Assembly (NCBI RefSeq): GCF_003231495.1
Contig: NZ_PQWO01000002.1
Coordinates: 30,001-62,000 of the forward strand
Source of the DNA: Acaryochloris thomasi RCC1774
GTDB lineage: Bacteria > Cyanobacteriota > Cyanobacteriia > Thermosynechococcales > Thermosynechococcaceae
Reading direction: 5' to 3'
Length of the DNA stretch: 32,000 nt
Part shown: piece after piece, positions 1 through 9,604 of the stretch
Layout of the letters: each line of letters begins with the position of its first letter
Position numbering within the stretch: position 1 is the stretch's first letter
Position numbers and translations under genes: made by a program
The notes under the pieces: generated by a model
Seen by the model: only the letters and a program-made list of their open reading frames with translations
Database searches by the model: none
What the model was told of the DNA's origin: nothing

Positions 1-127
1 CAAGGGATATGGCCTCGGTCTCTATATTTGCCGAAAGATCATAGAGGCCCACGGCGGAGCCATCGGTGTCGAAGCGCCTGTTGGCGGCGGAGCTGAATTT
101 TGGTTCACGCTACCCTGTTGCCAATAA
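1..127 (+). CDS. C-terminal fragment of a sensor histidine kinase (HATPase_c domain); 5' end lies outside the window
   Basis: Reading from position 2 gives [41 protein letters not shown] then stop TAA at 125-127. The G-x-G-L-G-L box and the GxxF tail are typical of the ATP-binding domain of histidine kinases. Confidence 0.7.
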   Translation, partial: KGYGLGLYICRKIIEAHGGAIGVEAPVGGGAEFWFTLPCCQ

Positions 128-137
128 TTTATCAGCG

Positions 138-683
138 TCAGCTTTCCTGTAGTCCCGTCGGTAAACCATCGATACTTGTTTGATTTTTAGTCGTTCGATA
201 CTCTTTTAATCCGTCTTCTCCCTTCTTCTCAGCCCACTGCAAAAGCTGATCCCGATGCCCGATGAAGTCATATTGAGGCACGCCGAAGCCGCAGGAGGTC
301 TGAATGGATGCGATCGCAAGTGTAATAATTTGCCTCTGCCCAGGTAACGCCTCAAAATGCCGTAAATAATCAGGCCAGTCTAGATCGCCGACGTGAAGCA
401 CCCGTCCTTGACCATAAAGTCTCAAAATGAGTGGCGAACCCGTAAAGCTACAGAACATCATCGTTAGCCGACCGTTCTGCTGCAGATGAGCGCTGGTTTC
501 GTTGCCGCTGCCCGTTAGATCCAGATAGGCCACCTCACGCGAACTCAAGCATCGAAAGGTATCCATCCCCTTGGGAGATAAATTGGCGCGCCCTGATTCA
601 GGTGCAGAAGCAGTGAAAAAAATCTGCTGCTTTCCAATAAATTCTATAAGCTGATCGGTGAGTTCAGAATAAAATTTAGCCAT
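138..683 (-). CDS. Pyridoxamine 5'-phosphate oxidase-like FMN-binding family protein
   Basis: This is ORF 138..740. I place the start at the internal ATG (683) giving MAKFYSELTDQLIEFI..., because the upstream extension looks non-native. The segment FFTASAPESGRANLSPKG...LDLTGSGNETSAHL resembles the PNPOx-like split-barrel family. Confidence 0.7.
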   Translation of the reverse strand: MAKFYSELTDQLIEFIGKQQIFFTASAPESGRANLSPKGMDTFRCLSSREVAYLDLTGSGNETSAHLQQNGRLTMMFCSFTGSPLILRLYGQGRVLHVGDLDWPDYLRHFEALPGQRQIITLAIASIQTSCGFGVPQYDFIGHRDQLLQWAEKKGEDGLKEYRTTKNQTSIDGLPTGLQES

Positions 684-828
684 TTTCAAGCAGTCCTTCT
701 GATACCAAAACAATCCCGCTATGTCTAACTTAACTGACAAGAATTCCTAAGAGTTTGGAGTCCACCATGTTTGTTAATGTTCGATGATATTATCGGTAGC
801 GTCCAAGCAACTACAGATATTTAAAACT

Positions 829-1302
829 ATGCTGAGACTCACAACATTCTTGACCATTGCCCTGTTAAGCATCCTGCCTCTCACCGGTTGCCAACAAGCT
901 CAAGATGCTGCTGACCAAGCTCAAGATACGGCAGGTACCGCTGTTGATCAAGCCAAAGATGCTGCGACTGACGCAACAGATAAAGTTAAAGAAACGACAG
1001 ATGGTGCGGTTGACCAAGCTAAAGGGTTTGCCGGAATCAACGAGATGAAAGATGGTGTGACCGAAACGATTTCGTCAGTGCAGGCTGGAGATTTCCCTAA
1101 AGCTAAAGAAGACTTTGCCAAAGTCCAGGAGTCTTGGGGAAGCGTCAGTGAGACCATGAAGGATAATAAAAATTACTCCGCGATCAGCGAAGGAGTTACA
1201 AACGTCCAAGCTTCTTTAAGCGGCGACAACCCAGACTCCGGTGCAGTTGTGGGCCAGCTGCAGGGGCTGCTGAAAAATTTGGGTGAAGCTGCCAAAGGCT
1301 AA
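829..1302 (+). CDS. Hypothetical lipoprotein with an Ala/Asp/Gln-rich repeat region
   Basis: Starting at ATG 829 gives MLRLTTFLTIALLSILPLTGC, a signal peptide plus lipobox L-T-G-C. It is followed by repeated A-x-D-Q-A-K/Q-D motifs. I do not recognise a family. Confidence 0.6.
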   Translation: MLRLTTFLTIALLSILPLTGCQQAQDAADQAQDTAGTAVDQAKDAATDATDKVKETTDGAVDQAKGFAGINEMKDGVTETISSVQAGDFPKAKEDFAKVQESWGSVSETMKDNKNYSAISEGVTNVQASLSGDNPDSGAVVGQLQGLLKNLGEAAKG

Positions 1303-1386
1303 ATCTTGCTCCTTGCAAGTGTCACTTCTCAGCGCCCGACGTGAAGACGCGGCCCACAGTTCTTATATTGTGAGCCGCCCTCAGTT

Positions 1387-2253
1387 CTAAGAGGCAAGAA
1401 CGGCTTCATTTGCTGCTGTGACAACGGGCTCGGCCACAGAGGAACACAGAATCTCACAGGAATTGTTGGGACTTTCTATGAGCTTAATGCGATGAAGTTG
1501 GGCACCTAACTGACGAATCGGTTCCTGTAGCAGGTGAGAGATATGCACGGCAATATTCTCGGCTGTGGGCACCACCGTTGCAAAGAACGGAATATCTTTG
1601 TTCAAAAAAGTATGGTCAAAAGGCTCAATCACAGCCTCATCTACGGCTTTTTCGAGAGCGACTAAGTCCACAATCATGCCGGTTTTCGGATCAATATCGC
1701 CAGTCACCGTAACTTCTAGGTGATAGTTGTGTCCGTGACCATTGGGTCGGGCGCACTTGCCATAGATTTCACAGTTCTCTTCGTAGCTTAAGTCCGGGAG
1801 CGCTAGCCGATGTGCTGCGCTGAAGTGAGTGCCCACGGTGAGAGTTGCTTCCATACCAGATCCTTCATAGGTAGCCCAAAGCTTGGGATGTTCAAAAAGT
1901 TGAATTTTAAGCAGCGGCAGATGTGGCGCTAATCGCTGCCAGATGACTTTCGCGATGTGTTCAGTGGCGGGTAAGGTCTGCTTAAACTCTGGCCAGACCT
2001 CGTTGAGAAAGGCGTAGTTCAGATGGTCGGTTACTTCTTGGGCAATGACCTTCTTAACATCAGACAGGTTTAAGACCATGCCGTACTGATCGAGATCGCC
2101 CAGCATTGAGACGTATAGAACGTAGTTATGCCCATGGCCAGGGAACTGACTTCCCTTACCAAATTGCTGCACGTTGCCCAGCTCTGATAATTCAGGCAGC
2201 CAGTAACGATGGCTGGCGGAGAATTCGGCACGGCGATTAATAATACACTGCAT
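1387..2253 (-). CDS. 6-pyruvoyl-tetrahydropterin / 6-carboxytetrahydropterin synthase family protein with a tandem two-domain architecture
   Basis: 288 aa with two PTPS/QueD-like halves. Each half carries the H-G-H-N-Y motif (FPGHGHNYVL and CARPNGHGHNYHLEV) and the N-terminal F-S-A-(S/A)-H-R motif. ATG at 2253. Confidence 0.8.
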   Translation of the reverse strand: MQCIINRRAEFSASHRYWLPELSELGNVQQFGKGSQFPGHGHNYVLYVSMLGDLDQYGMVLNLSDVKKVIAQEVTDHLNYAFLNEVWPEFKQTLPATEHIAKVIWQRLAPHLPLLKIQLFEHPKLWATYEGSGMEATLTVGTHFSAAHRLALPDLSYEENCEIYGKCARPNGHGHNYHLEVTVTGDIDPKTGMIVDLVALEKAVDEAVIEPFDHTFLNKDIPFFATVVPTAENIAVHISHLLQEPIRQLGAQLHRIKLIESPNNSCEILCSSVAEPVVTAANEAVLAS

Positions 2254-2502
2254 AGGAATGCAATCTTAGGTCTAAATAACAGGAAAAATTTGAGTTGACG
2301 GTAAAAATGCTCAATGTTCCTTAATACTCTAGCTCAATTGTTGCGATCGCGTTTACTAGGCGTCATGTCAGACCTTTCTCCCTACTTTCAGCCGCCCTCG
2401 CGCATAGATGCTCTAGTCTAGCTCAGGGCTAAGATTCCCTTGCTCATAATGGCAACACAGCAATTTATTGTGATACGATAAATTGCTGTTGAGAGATAAC
2501 GT

Positions 2503-2584
2503 GGGTCGGTGCCCGAGTGGTTAATGGGGGCGGACTGTAAATCCGCTGGCTACGCCTACGCTGGTTCAAATCCAGCCCGGCCCA
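2503..2584 (+). tRNA. tRNA-Tyr (anticodon GTA), class II with a long variable arm
   Basis: Acceptor GGGTCGG pairs with CCGGCCC (one G-U). Anticodon stem GCGGA/TCCGC closes the loop CT-GTA-AA. There is a long variable arm, a T arm GCTGG-TTCAAAT-CCAGC and discriminator A. No CCA is encoded. Confidence 0.9.
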
Positions 2585-2595
2585 TATCCTCAGCT

Positions 2596-2667
2596 GCCCG
2601 TGTGGCTCAGTGGTAGAGCACACCCTTGGTAAGGGTGAGGTCACGAGTTCAATCCTCGTCACGGGCT
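2596..2667 (+). tRNA. tRNA-Thr (anticodon GGT)
   Basis: Acceptor GCCCGTG pairs with CACGGGC. The D arm contains GCTCAGTGGTAGAGC. Anticodon stem CACCC/GGGTG closes the loop TT-GGT-AA. The T arm is ACGAG-TTCAATC-CTCGT. Confidence 0.9.
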
Positions 2668-2690
2668 TGGTCTAAAACTTAACTTCAGCA

Positions 2691-2725
2691 AGCGTTCTAG
2701 CGGGTTTCCCTAGAGCGATTTTTTC
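2691..2725 (+). terminator. Candidate intrinsic terminator downstream of the tRNA pair
   Basis: An imperfect hairpin (TCTAGCGGG / CCCTAGA) is followed by GCGATTTTTT. Confidence 0.45.
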
Positions 2726-2865
2726 ATGTTTGTGCATCTACTGAAAGTAAGGATAAATCGACGATAAGCGTCAGCCTTAGAGGCCATTTATAAAGCAAAG
2801 CTGAAGCCAGCGTAATTAATTGTCTATTGAGCATAGATTTCAAGTATCGCTTTGCTTTGAACTCC

Positions 2866-3198
2866 ATGTCTGATAAACCTTATGCCACCGACCTCAGCGA
2901 TACAGAGTGGGCTATCTTATCGCCTCTGATTCCCAAGGCAAAGCCAGGAGGACATCCTCGTACGGTAGATATGCGCTCGGTTTGTAATGCTATCTACTAC
3001 CAACTCAAAACGGGCTGTCAATGGCACCTTCTCCCCCATGATTTTCCGCCCAGTTCAACGGTCTACTTCTACTACCGCAAATGGCAGCGTCACGGTCACT
3101 GGGAGCACATGAACCATATATTGCGTGAGCAGCTGCGCCGAAAGCTCGGTAGAGCAACCCATCCCAGTGCACTCGCAACGGATAGTCAGTCGTTTTGA
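2866..3198 (+). pseudogene. IS5-family transposase, N-terminal (DUF4096/HTH-like) part, separated from its DDE part
   Basis: The sequence MSDKPYATDLSDTEWAILSPLIPKAKPGGHPRTVDMRSVCNAIYYQLKTGCQWHLLPHDFPPSSTVYFYYRKWQRHG...ATDSQSF* resembles the N-terminus of cyanobacterial IS5-family transposases. It stops at TGA 3196-3198, just before the IS110 insertion. Confidence 0.8.
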
Positions 3199-3227
3199 CC
3201 GACTGAAAAAAGCGATTGTCTTAGCTG

Positions 3228-4349
<1,122 letters not shown>

Positions 4350-4352
4350 AAG

Positions 4353-4799
4353 GGGGAGGTCTATGGCTTTGATGGCGGCAAGAAAGTGAAAGGTAGAAAG
4401 CGTCATGTGCTCGTTGATAGTCTCGGTTTACTCTTGAAAGTAGTTGTCACGGCAGCCAATACCAGTGAACGCTTGGCCAGTGCCTATGCCCTGCTGGAGT
4501 TATGGGATGAGTACCAACAGTGTCTCAATCGAGTCAAAGTATTGTGGGTTGATGGCGGCTATAGCGGCGATAAGTTTGCACTGGCGGTATGGCTGATGAT
4601 TCAGGCGCGGGTCGAAGTGATTCAACGCATGGGGCCAGACTTTGAGATTCTACCGAAGCGGTGGGTCGTTGAGCGCACCTTTGGATGGCTCAATTGGTAT
4701 CGACGTTTGAGCAAGGATTATGAAAGGTTAACCGAAATGAGTGAGGCGGCTATCTACGCCGTAATGACGCGAATCATGTTGAAACGATTAGCAGCCTAA
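4353..4799 (+). pseudogene. IS5-family transposase, C-terminal DDE part
   Basis: The sequence GEVYGFDGGKKVKGRKRHVLVDSLGLLLKVVVTAANTSE...VLWVDGGYSGDKF...LPKRWVVERTFGWLNWYRRLSKDYERL matches the DDE_Tnp_1 core of IS5-family enzymes. It lies in the -1 frame relative to the N-terminal part. Confidence 0.8.
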
Positions 4800-4856
4800 A
4801 GATTCACTTTATAAATGCCCTCTTAGAGATCGTGAAGCTCGAAAACATTAAGAAGC

Positions 4857-4937
4857 ACCCACTTACACTCAATAGAAGTCCTGTGCATAAGTGGGTGTTT
4901 TCTAGGTGAGAGTATCCGAGGCCTCACCTATCTTTTG
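4857..4937. terminator. Two consecutive hairpins between the IS and the convergent RTX gene (candidate terminators)
   Basis: The first is a perfect 10-bp stem CACCCACTTA (4857-4866) / TAAGTGGGTG (4889-4898) followed by TTTT. The second is AGGTGAG (4905-4911) / CTCACCT (4924-4930) followed by ATCTTTT. Confidence 0.4.
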
Positions 4938-4952
4938 ACGTCAAATAGCATA

Positions 4953-7900
4953 TTAAGAGAGGTCTGCCAGTTGAGACTCTGCAGCATTCAGACTGCTCTG
5001 ATTACCAAAAACGTTTACGATATCCTCACCATTGAGATCAAGACGCAGCAAGCCTGGTGTGACTCTGGTGGCTTCAATTGAGCCTCCAGCACCTAGATAG
5101 TCCGTGAAATCAAATGAGTCTTGAGTCTGGAAGTTCTCAATCGTGTCAACGTCAGCCTGACCCTCCAGCAACTCTCCCCCAAACCGGAAGATATCAGCGC
5201 CTCCGTCGCCTATCAGAACATCACTACCCTGGCCGCCTGTAAGGATGTCCGCACCTCCACCACCGATGAGCGTATCGCTATCAATACCACCGATCAGTTC
5301 GTCTCGACCAGCTTCTCCAAACAGCTCATCTTGATCACTGCCGCCGAAAAGAGTATCTCTGCCATTGCCGCCTAAGATAGTGTCATTACCTGCGCCGCTA
5401 TTAAGACTATTGGCTTGATCGTCACCCAGTAAGCGATCATCTCCACGGCCCGTTTCAATCTGCTCAAAGTTTTCAAAAAGCTGGCCACCACTTCGGCCAT
5501 CTCCAACAGAGCCTTGCGCGAGGAAGATAGTTAGGTTACGACCGTCAGTCGGCTGGAAGCGAATTAGATCAGTGCCAGCACCACCATCGAAAGAGTCAAC
5601 TCCGCTGAAATCGTTAACGATTACAGTATCATTGCCACCGCCACCGTTTAAGACGTCATTACCTGCTCCCCCCTGTAATGTGTCATCACCTCGATCCCCG
5701 AAGACCTGGTCATTGCCAGAATTTCCATTGAGGGCATCATTCCCGCGATTCCCGAATAGTGCATCATCGTCACTGCCACCATTGATAATGTCGCTACCAT
5801 TGCGGCCACGAATAATATCATTACCCCCAACACCATTAATGAAGTCAGCTTCAGCCGTTCCATTGAGGATATTGTTGTCGTCATCCCCCGCAACAATGTT
5901 GGATGGAACAGACAATGTCCATAATTCTTCCCCCGTTGTTCCATCATTAGCGGTAAAGAATAGTTGGTTACCAACAACGTTGAAGTTGCTTGGGCTAGAT
6001 CCATCACTCCCAGGATTAATGTCTTGGAACAATTGGGTTCCCTCTGTGGTGCCGTCACTGATCCAAAGCTCACGGCCGGAGGCGCCATCATCAGCCGTAA
6101 AGAATAGAAGGCCGCCTACTGCAGTTAAGTTATAGGGTGCTGCATAGCTGTAATAGCCGTCACCGCTGTTGTCTGGATTAATATCTCTGACCAGTTGTGT
6201 TCCTTCTGTGGTTCCATCGCTGACCCATAGCTCCCGTCCCGTTGTGCCATCATCAGCCGTGAAGAAGAGCTTTCCATCTACTTCGATGAAATTATAGGGG
6301 GCAGGATAACTGTTGCTGCTGGGATTGATGTCTCTGACCAGTTGTGTTCCTTCTGTGGTTCCATCGCTGACCCATAACTCCTGTCCCGTTGTGCCATCGC
6401 TGGCCGTGAAGAAGAGCTTTCCATCTACTTCGATGAAGTTATAGGGGGCAGGATAACTGTTGCTGCTGGGATTGATGTCTCTGACTAGTTGCGTTCCTTC
6501 TGTGGTTCCATCGCTGACCCATAACTCCCGTCCCGTTGTGCCATCGCTGGCCGTGAAGAAGAGCTTTCCATCTACTTCAATGAAATTATAGGGGGCAGGA
6601 TAGTTATCACTGCTGGGATTGATGTCTCTGACCAGTTGTGTTCCTTCTGTGGTTCCATCGCTGACCCATAGCTCCTGTCCCGTTGTGCCATCGCTGGCCG
6701 TGAAAAAGAGCTTTCCATCTACTTCAATGAAGTTATAGGGGGCAGGATAGTTATCGCTGCTGGGATTGATGTCTCTGACCAGTTGTGTTCCTTCTGTGGT
6801 TCCATCGCTGACCCACAGCTCCCGTCCTGTTGCTCCATCGCTGGCCGTGAAAAAGAGCTTTCCACCTACTTCGATAAAATTATTTGGTGTTGGATAGTTA
6901 TCGCTGCTGGGATTGATGTCTCTGACCAGTTGCGTTCCTTCTGTGGTTCCATCGCTGACCCATAGCTCCCGTCCTGTTGCTCCATCGCTGGCCGTGAAAA
7001 AGAGCCTTCCATCCACGTCGATGAAATTATAGGGGGCAGGATAGTTATCGCTGCTGGGATTGATATCTTGGACCAGTTGCGTTCCTTCCGTGGTGCCATC
7101 GCTAACCCATAATTCACTTCCTGTTGTGCCATCGTTGGCTGTGAAGAAGAGCGTTCCATTTACTTCTGTGAGATTGGATGGAGAAGGTGAATAGTAGTAA
7201 TAGTTGTTGCTGCTGTTGTCTGGGTTGATATCTCTGAGAAGCTGAGTGCCTTCGGTTGTCCCGTCACTGACCCATAGTTCGCGTCCCGATGTGCCATCAT
7301 CAGCCGTGAAAAAGAGCTGCCCGTCAACCTCAACAGCGTTGTATCCGCTTGGATAGCTGCCACCATTCGGGTTGATATCTCGAACGAGTTGAGCACTGGT
7401 AAAAATGCCAGAGTAGGAAGCTTTTGCCTTTGCTGTAAAAGGCTGCTGAAATTCTCTGTTTTGACGACCAACTCTAACCTCTAGCTGCCAATTTCCGCCT
7501 AATGCACTATTACCTGTCTTTGTGCGAGAAGCTGCGATGGGCATGTGGGCAATATGATGCAGTCTTTCAATAAACTCAGCTCCAGCATCACCGGCTGCGA
7601 GATTACAGCCGTATAAATACAGTGCAGAAGCATCGGACAACTCTTTCCAGCCTGAAATTGTTTGAGCATAATGGCTGAGAGTTTCTAGACTTAACTCTGT
7701 ATTGCCCAGATATAGACAACCAGGTGAACCGTGAGAAACAATGTGAAGTTCGCTGATACCCGATTGCGAACGCAGTGTCTCGGTAATTTGTTCAACTCCA
7801 TCATGGTCAGAGCGTAATAGAACGACCTTGATGCCAGGTTGGACACCCTCAATTAACGTGTCTACATTGTCTACTGCTGAATCTATAAATAAAATAGGTG

Positions 7901-8036
7901 ATACGGAAGTCTGAAGGCGTTGCATCTTAATAACGTCTGGGCTTTTGATAACTGTTCCATTCTGAGTGGATTGACTGTTATTTCCAGGACCAATACTGGC
8001 TTGTGTTGCTGTCAAAAAAGTATCGTTAGATTCCAT
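4953..8036 (-). CDS. Large secreted protein: DUF4347 N-terminal domain, about ten ELWxxDGT repeats, and C-terminal RTX (hemolysin-type Ca-binding) nonapeptide repeats
   Basis: The ORF is 4953..8123, and possible starts are 8123, 8090 or 8036 (MESND..). The DUF4347-like block is ILFIDSAVDNVDTL...HIVSHGSPGCLYLG...LYGCNLAAGD. It is followed by repeated ELWVSDGTTEGTQLVRDINP...FFTA.DG units. Two blocks of GGxGxDxxx repeats come next (GGAGNDVLNGGGGNDTV.., GGGGADILTGGQGSDVLIGDGGAD), typical of T1SS substrates. Confidence 0.85.
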   Translation of the reverse strand: MESNDTFLTATQASIGPGNNSQSTQNGTVIKSPDVIKMQRLQTSVSPILFIDSAVDNVDTLIEGVQPGIKVVLLRSDHDGVEQITETLRSQSGISELHIVSHGSPGCLYLGNTELSLETLSHYAQTISGWKELSDASALYLYGCNLAAGDAGAEFIERLHHIAHMPIAASRTKTGNSALGGNWQLEVRVGRQNREFQQPFTAKAKASYSGIFTSAQLVRDINPNGGSYPSGYNAVEVDGQLFFTADDGTSGRELWVSDGTTEGTQLLRDINPDNSSNNYYYYSPSPSNLTEVNGTLFFTANDGTTGSELWVSDGTTEGTQLVQDINPSSDNYPAPYNFIDVDGRLFFTASDGATGRELWVSDGTTEGTQLVRDINPSSDNYPTPNNFIEVGGKLFFTASDGATGRELWVSDGTTEGTQLVRDINPSSDNYPAPYNFIEVDGKLFFTASDGTTGQELWVSDGTTEGTQLVRDINPSSDNYPAPYNFIEVDGKLFFTASDGTTGRELWVSDGTTEGTQLVRDINPSSNSYPAPYNFIEVDGKLFFTASDGTTGQELWVSDGTTEGTQLVRDINPSSNSYPAPYNFIEVDGKLFFTADDGTTGRELWVSDGTTEGTQLVRDINPDNSGDGYYSYAAPYNLTAVGGLLFFTADDGASGRELWISDGTTEGTQLFQDINPGSDGSSPSNFNVVGNQLFFTANDGTTGEELWTLSVPSNIVAGDDDNNILNGTAEADFINGVGGNDIIRGRNGSDIINGGSDDDALFGNRGNDALNGNSGNDQVFGDRGDDTLQGGAGNDVLNGGGGNDTVIVNDFSGVDSFDGGAGTDLIRFQPTDGRNLTIFLAQGSVGDGRSGGQLFENFEQIETGRGDDRLLGDDQANSLNSGAGNDTILGGNGRDTLFGGSDQDELFGEAGRDELIGGIDSDTLIGGGGADILTGGQGSDVLIGDGGADIFRFGGELLEGQADVDTIENFQTQDSFDFTDYLGAGGSIEATRVTPGLLRLDLNGEDIVNVFGNQSSLNAAESQLADLS
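5920..7400 (-). repeat. Tandem 147-bp (49-codon) coding repeats, ELWxxDGT units; the central copies are nearly identical at DNA level
   Basis: CCATCGCTGACCC recurs at 6361 and 6508 (147 bp apart). Units 6290-6436 and 6437-6583 differ at about 4 positions by eye. The outer units are more diverged. Confidence 0.85.
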
Positions 8037-8484
8037 TTTTCTTATCTCACTTGAGTTTGGTTGAGTAAAAGTTGCATGGATATATCCCATCAATGATGGA
8101 AAAACAGTGTTGTGAGGCTGCAAGAAGTCTTTCGCCTACGACTAAGCAAAACAGCAAAAAATGGTAACAACTCATGCCAGTGCTTGCCCTCTGCAAGATG
8201 GCCCAAATTGCATTAGATCGCCCAATTGCTACAAGCAGCAACCCCTACTCTGCTTTTTGCTTATGCATACTGATACATACCTTAGGGTTCGTGCCTGCTA
8301 TTTGCAAGTATTCTGTTGTTCTTATGCAATTCAATGGTGTAGAGATGCTTGAAAGTTAGGTCTTTGCATAGATTTTGGAAATAGAATCTATTCTTACGAA
8401 ATATATACTGCAATCAAATAAAAAAAATAAGTCTCACAATCTAGATAATTTAGTATTTTTTAGTATGTATTCAGGTGGCGTGAA

Positions 8485-9579
8485 ATGAATGCTTCGGTGA
8501 CAAAATTACCCATTCAAGAAGAGGCTGCCTCCAGTGATGCTGCACGGCGAGAGGTTCGCTATGAGTATTCAGATAATCTAGTGCCGATCTTAGGGCAGCT
8601 GGGAACGTCGCTGATATTGTCTACCTATCAGGCAGGCAAGCTAGTTGTTGTTGGTGTTCATGAAGATGAGCTAAAAATTTCATTCCATAACTTCGAGCGG
8701 GCGATGGGCGTTGCTGTGGGGCGTAACCAAATTGCTGTGGGGGGTAAGGATTGGATTTACTTTCTCAAAAGTGCCCCAGAATTAGCGTCCCGGGTTGGAG
8801 TGCAGGACACGCATGATGCCTGTTTTTTGGTTCGTGGTGCCCACTATACGGGTGAAATTGCGGTTCATGAATTGGTGTGGGGGCAAGAGCAATTGGTGGT
8901 TACCAATACTCGCTTTTCCTGTTTATGTGCTTTGGATAATAATTCTAGTTTTGTCCCTCAATGGAGACCTCCTTTTGTGAGTGCATTGGCTCCTGAGGAC
9001 CGCTGCCACCTCAACGGGATTGCCTTAGTCGATGGTCAGCCAAGGTACGCCACTGTTTTGGGCCAGGCTGATACCGCCGGAGGCTGGCGACCGGGTAAGT
9101 CAACAGATGGTTGTGTTCTTGAGATTCTTACTGGCAAGGTGGTTGCCAACGGCTTTGCGATGCCACATTCTCCCCGCGTAAGTCACGGGCGTCTTTGGGT
9201 GCTCAACTCAGGGATGGGAGAATTGACTACGGTGAATTTGTCTTCAGGGCTGGTGGAGTCAGTGATTGAGCTGCCGGGATATCCCAGAGGGTTGGCGTTA
9301 GCTGGGCGATTTGCGTTTGTGGGACTTTCGCAGGCCCGTGAAAAAGATACGTTTGGGAATTTGCCGATTTGCGATCGCAACACCTCCCCAAAATGTGGCC
9401 TTGCTATTATCGACCTCCAGACCGCAACACAAGTAGGACTTTTAGAATTCCAGAGCGGCGTAGATGAAATCTTTGACGTACAGCTCCTACCCGGAATCCA
9501 GAATCCATACTTCTCAGGTCCCTATGCAGCTACAGACGGCAATCCCCCCATCTGGAAAGTACCGGCTCCCAGTCGATGA
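8485..9579 (+). CDS. TIGR03032 (DUF4915) family protein, function unknown
   Basis: The blocks LILSTYQAGKLVVV, FSCLCAL...F.PQWRPPFVSALAPEDRCHLNGIALVDGQPRY, GGWR....DGC, MPHSPR...LWVLNSG.GEL, PGY.RGLA and CGL.IIDL match my recollection of this conserved uncharacterised family. Confidence 0.75.
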   Translation: MNASVTKLPIQEEAASSDAARREVRYEYSDNLVPILGQLGTSLILSTYQAGKLVVVGVHEDELKISFHNFERAMGVAVGRNQIAVGGKDWIYFLKSAPELASRVGVQDTHDACFLVRGAHYTGEIAVHELVWGQEQLVVTNTRFSCLCALDNNSSFVPQWRPPFVSALAPEDRCHLNGIALVDGQPRYATVLGQADTAGGWRPGKSTDGCVLEILTGKVVANGFAMPHSPRVSHGRLWVLNSGMGELTTVNLSSGLVESVIELPGYPRGLALAGRFAFVGLSQAREKDTFGNLPICDRNTSPKCGLAIIDLQTATQVGLLEFQSGVDEIFDVQLLPGIQNPYFSGPYAATDGNPPIWKVPAPSR

Positions 9580-9604
9580 ATTAGGCTCCATCAACCTTAG
9601 TAAG

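Noticed and set aside
2295-2327. TTGACG ... TAATAC as a promoter for the tRNA pair
   Set aside because: The spacer is 20-21 nt rather than ~17, and the motif lies ~180 nt upstream of tRNA-Tyr. It is not convincing without TSS data.
2465-2662. 65-aa minus-strand ORF from the track
   Set aside because: It lies entirely antisense to two well-formed tRNA genes (Tyr-GTA and Thr-GGT). The apparent protein is just the tRNA complement.
3204-3212. A AAA AAG read as a classical X-XXY-YYZ -1 slippery heptamer of the IS5 transposase
   Set aside because: In the OrfA phase the heptamer is out of register, and OrfA already stops at 3196-3198. Only a simple P-site slip model fits. I therefore report it as an inference rather than as a regulatory feature.
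5920-7400. Regular tandem repeats considered as a possible CRISPR array or satellite
   Set aside because: The 147-bp units are contiguous with no spacers, are in-frame multiples of 3, and encode the ELWxxDGT protein repeat.
5121-7471. Several ORFs inside or antisense to the RTX/ELWxxDGT gene (5121..5375, 5572..6135, 5648..6091, 6783..6965, 6866..7159, 7160..7471)
   Set aside because: They are by-products of repetitive, compositionally biased coding sequence. The long minus-strand frame has clear domain signatures and the alternatives have none.
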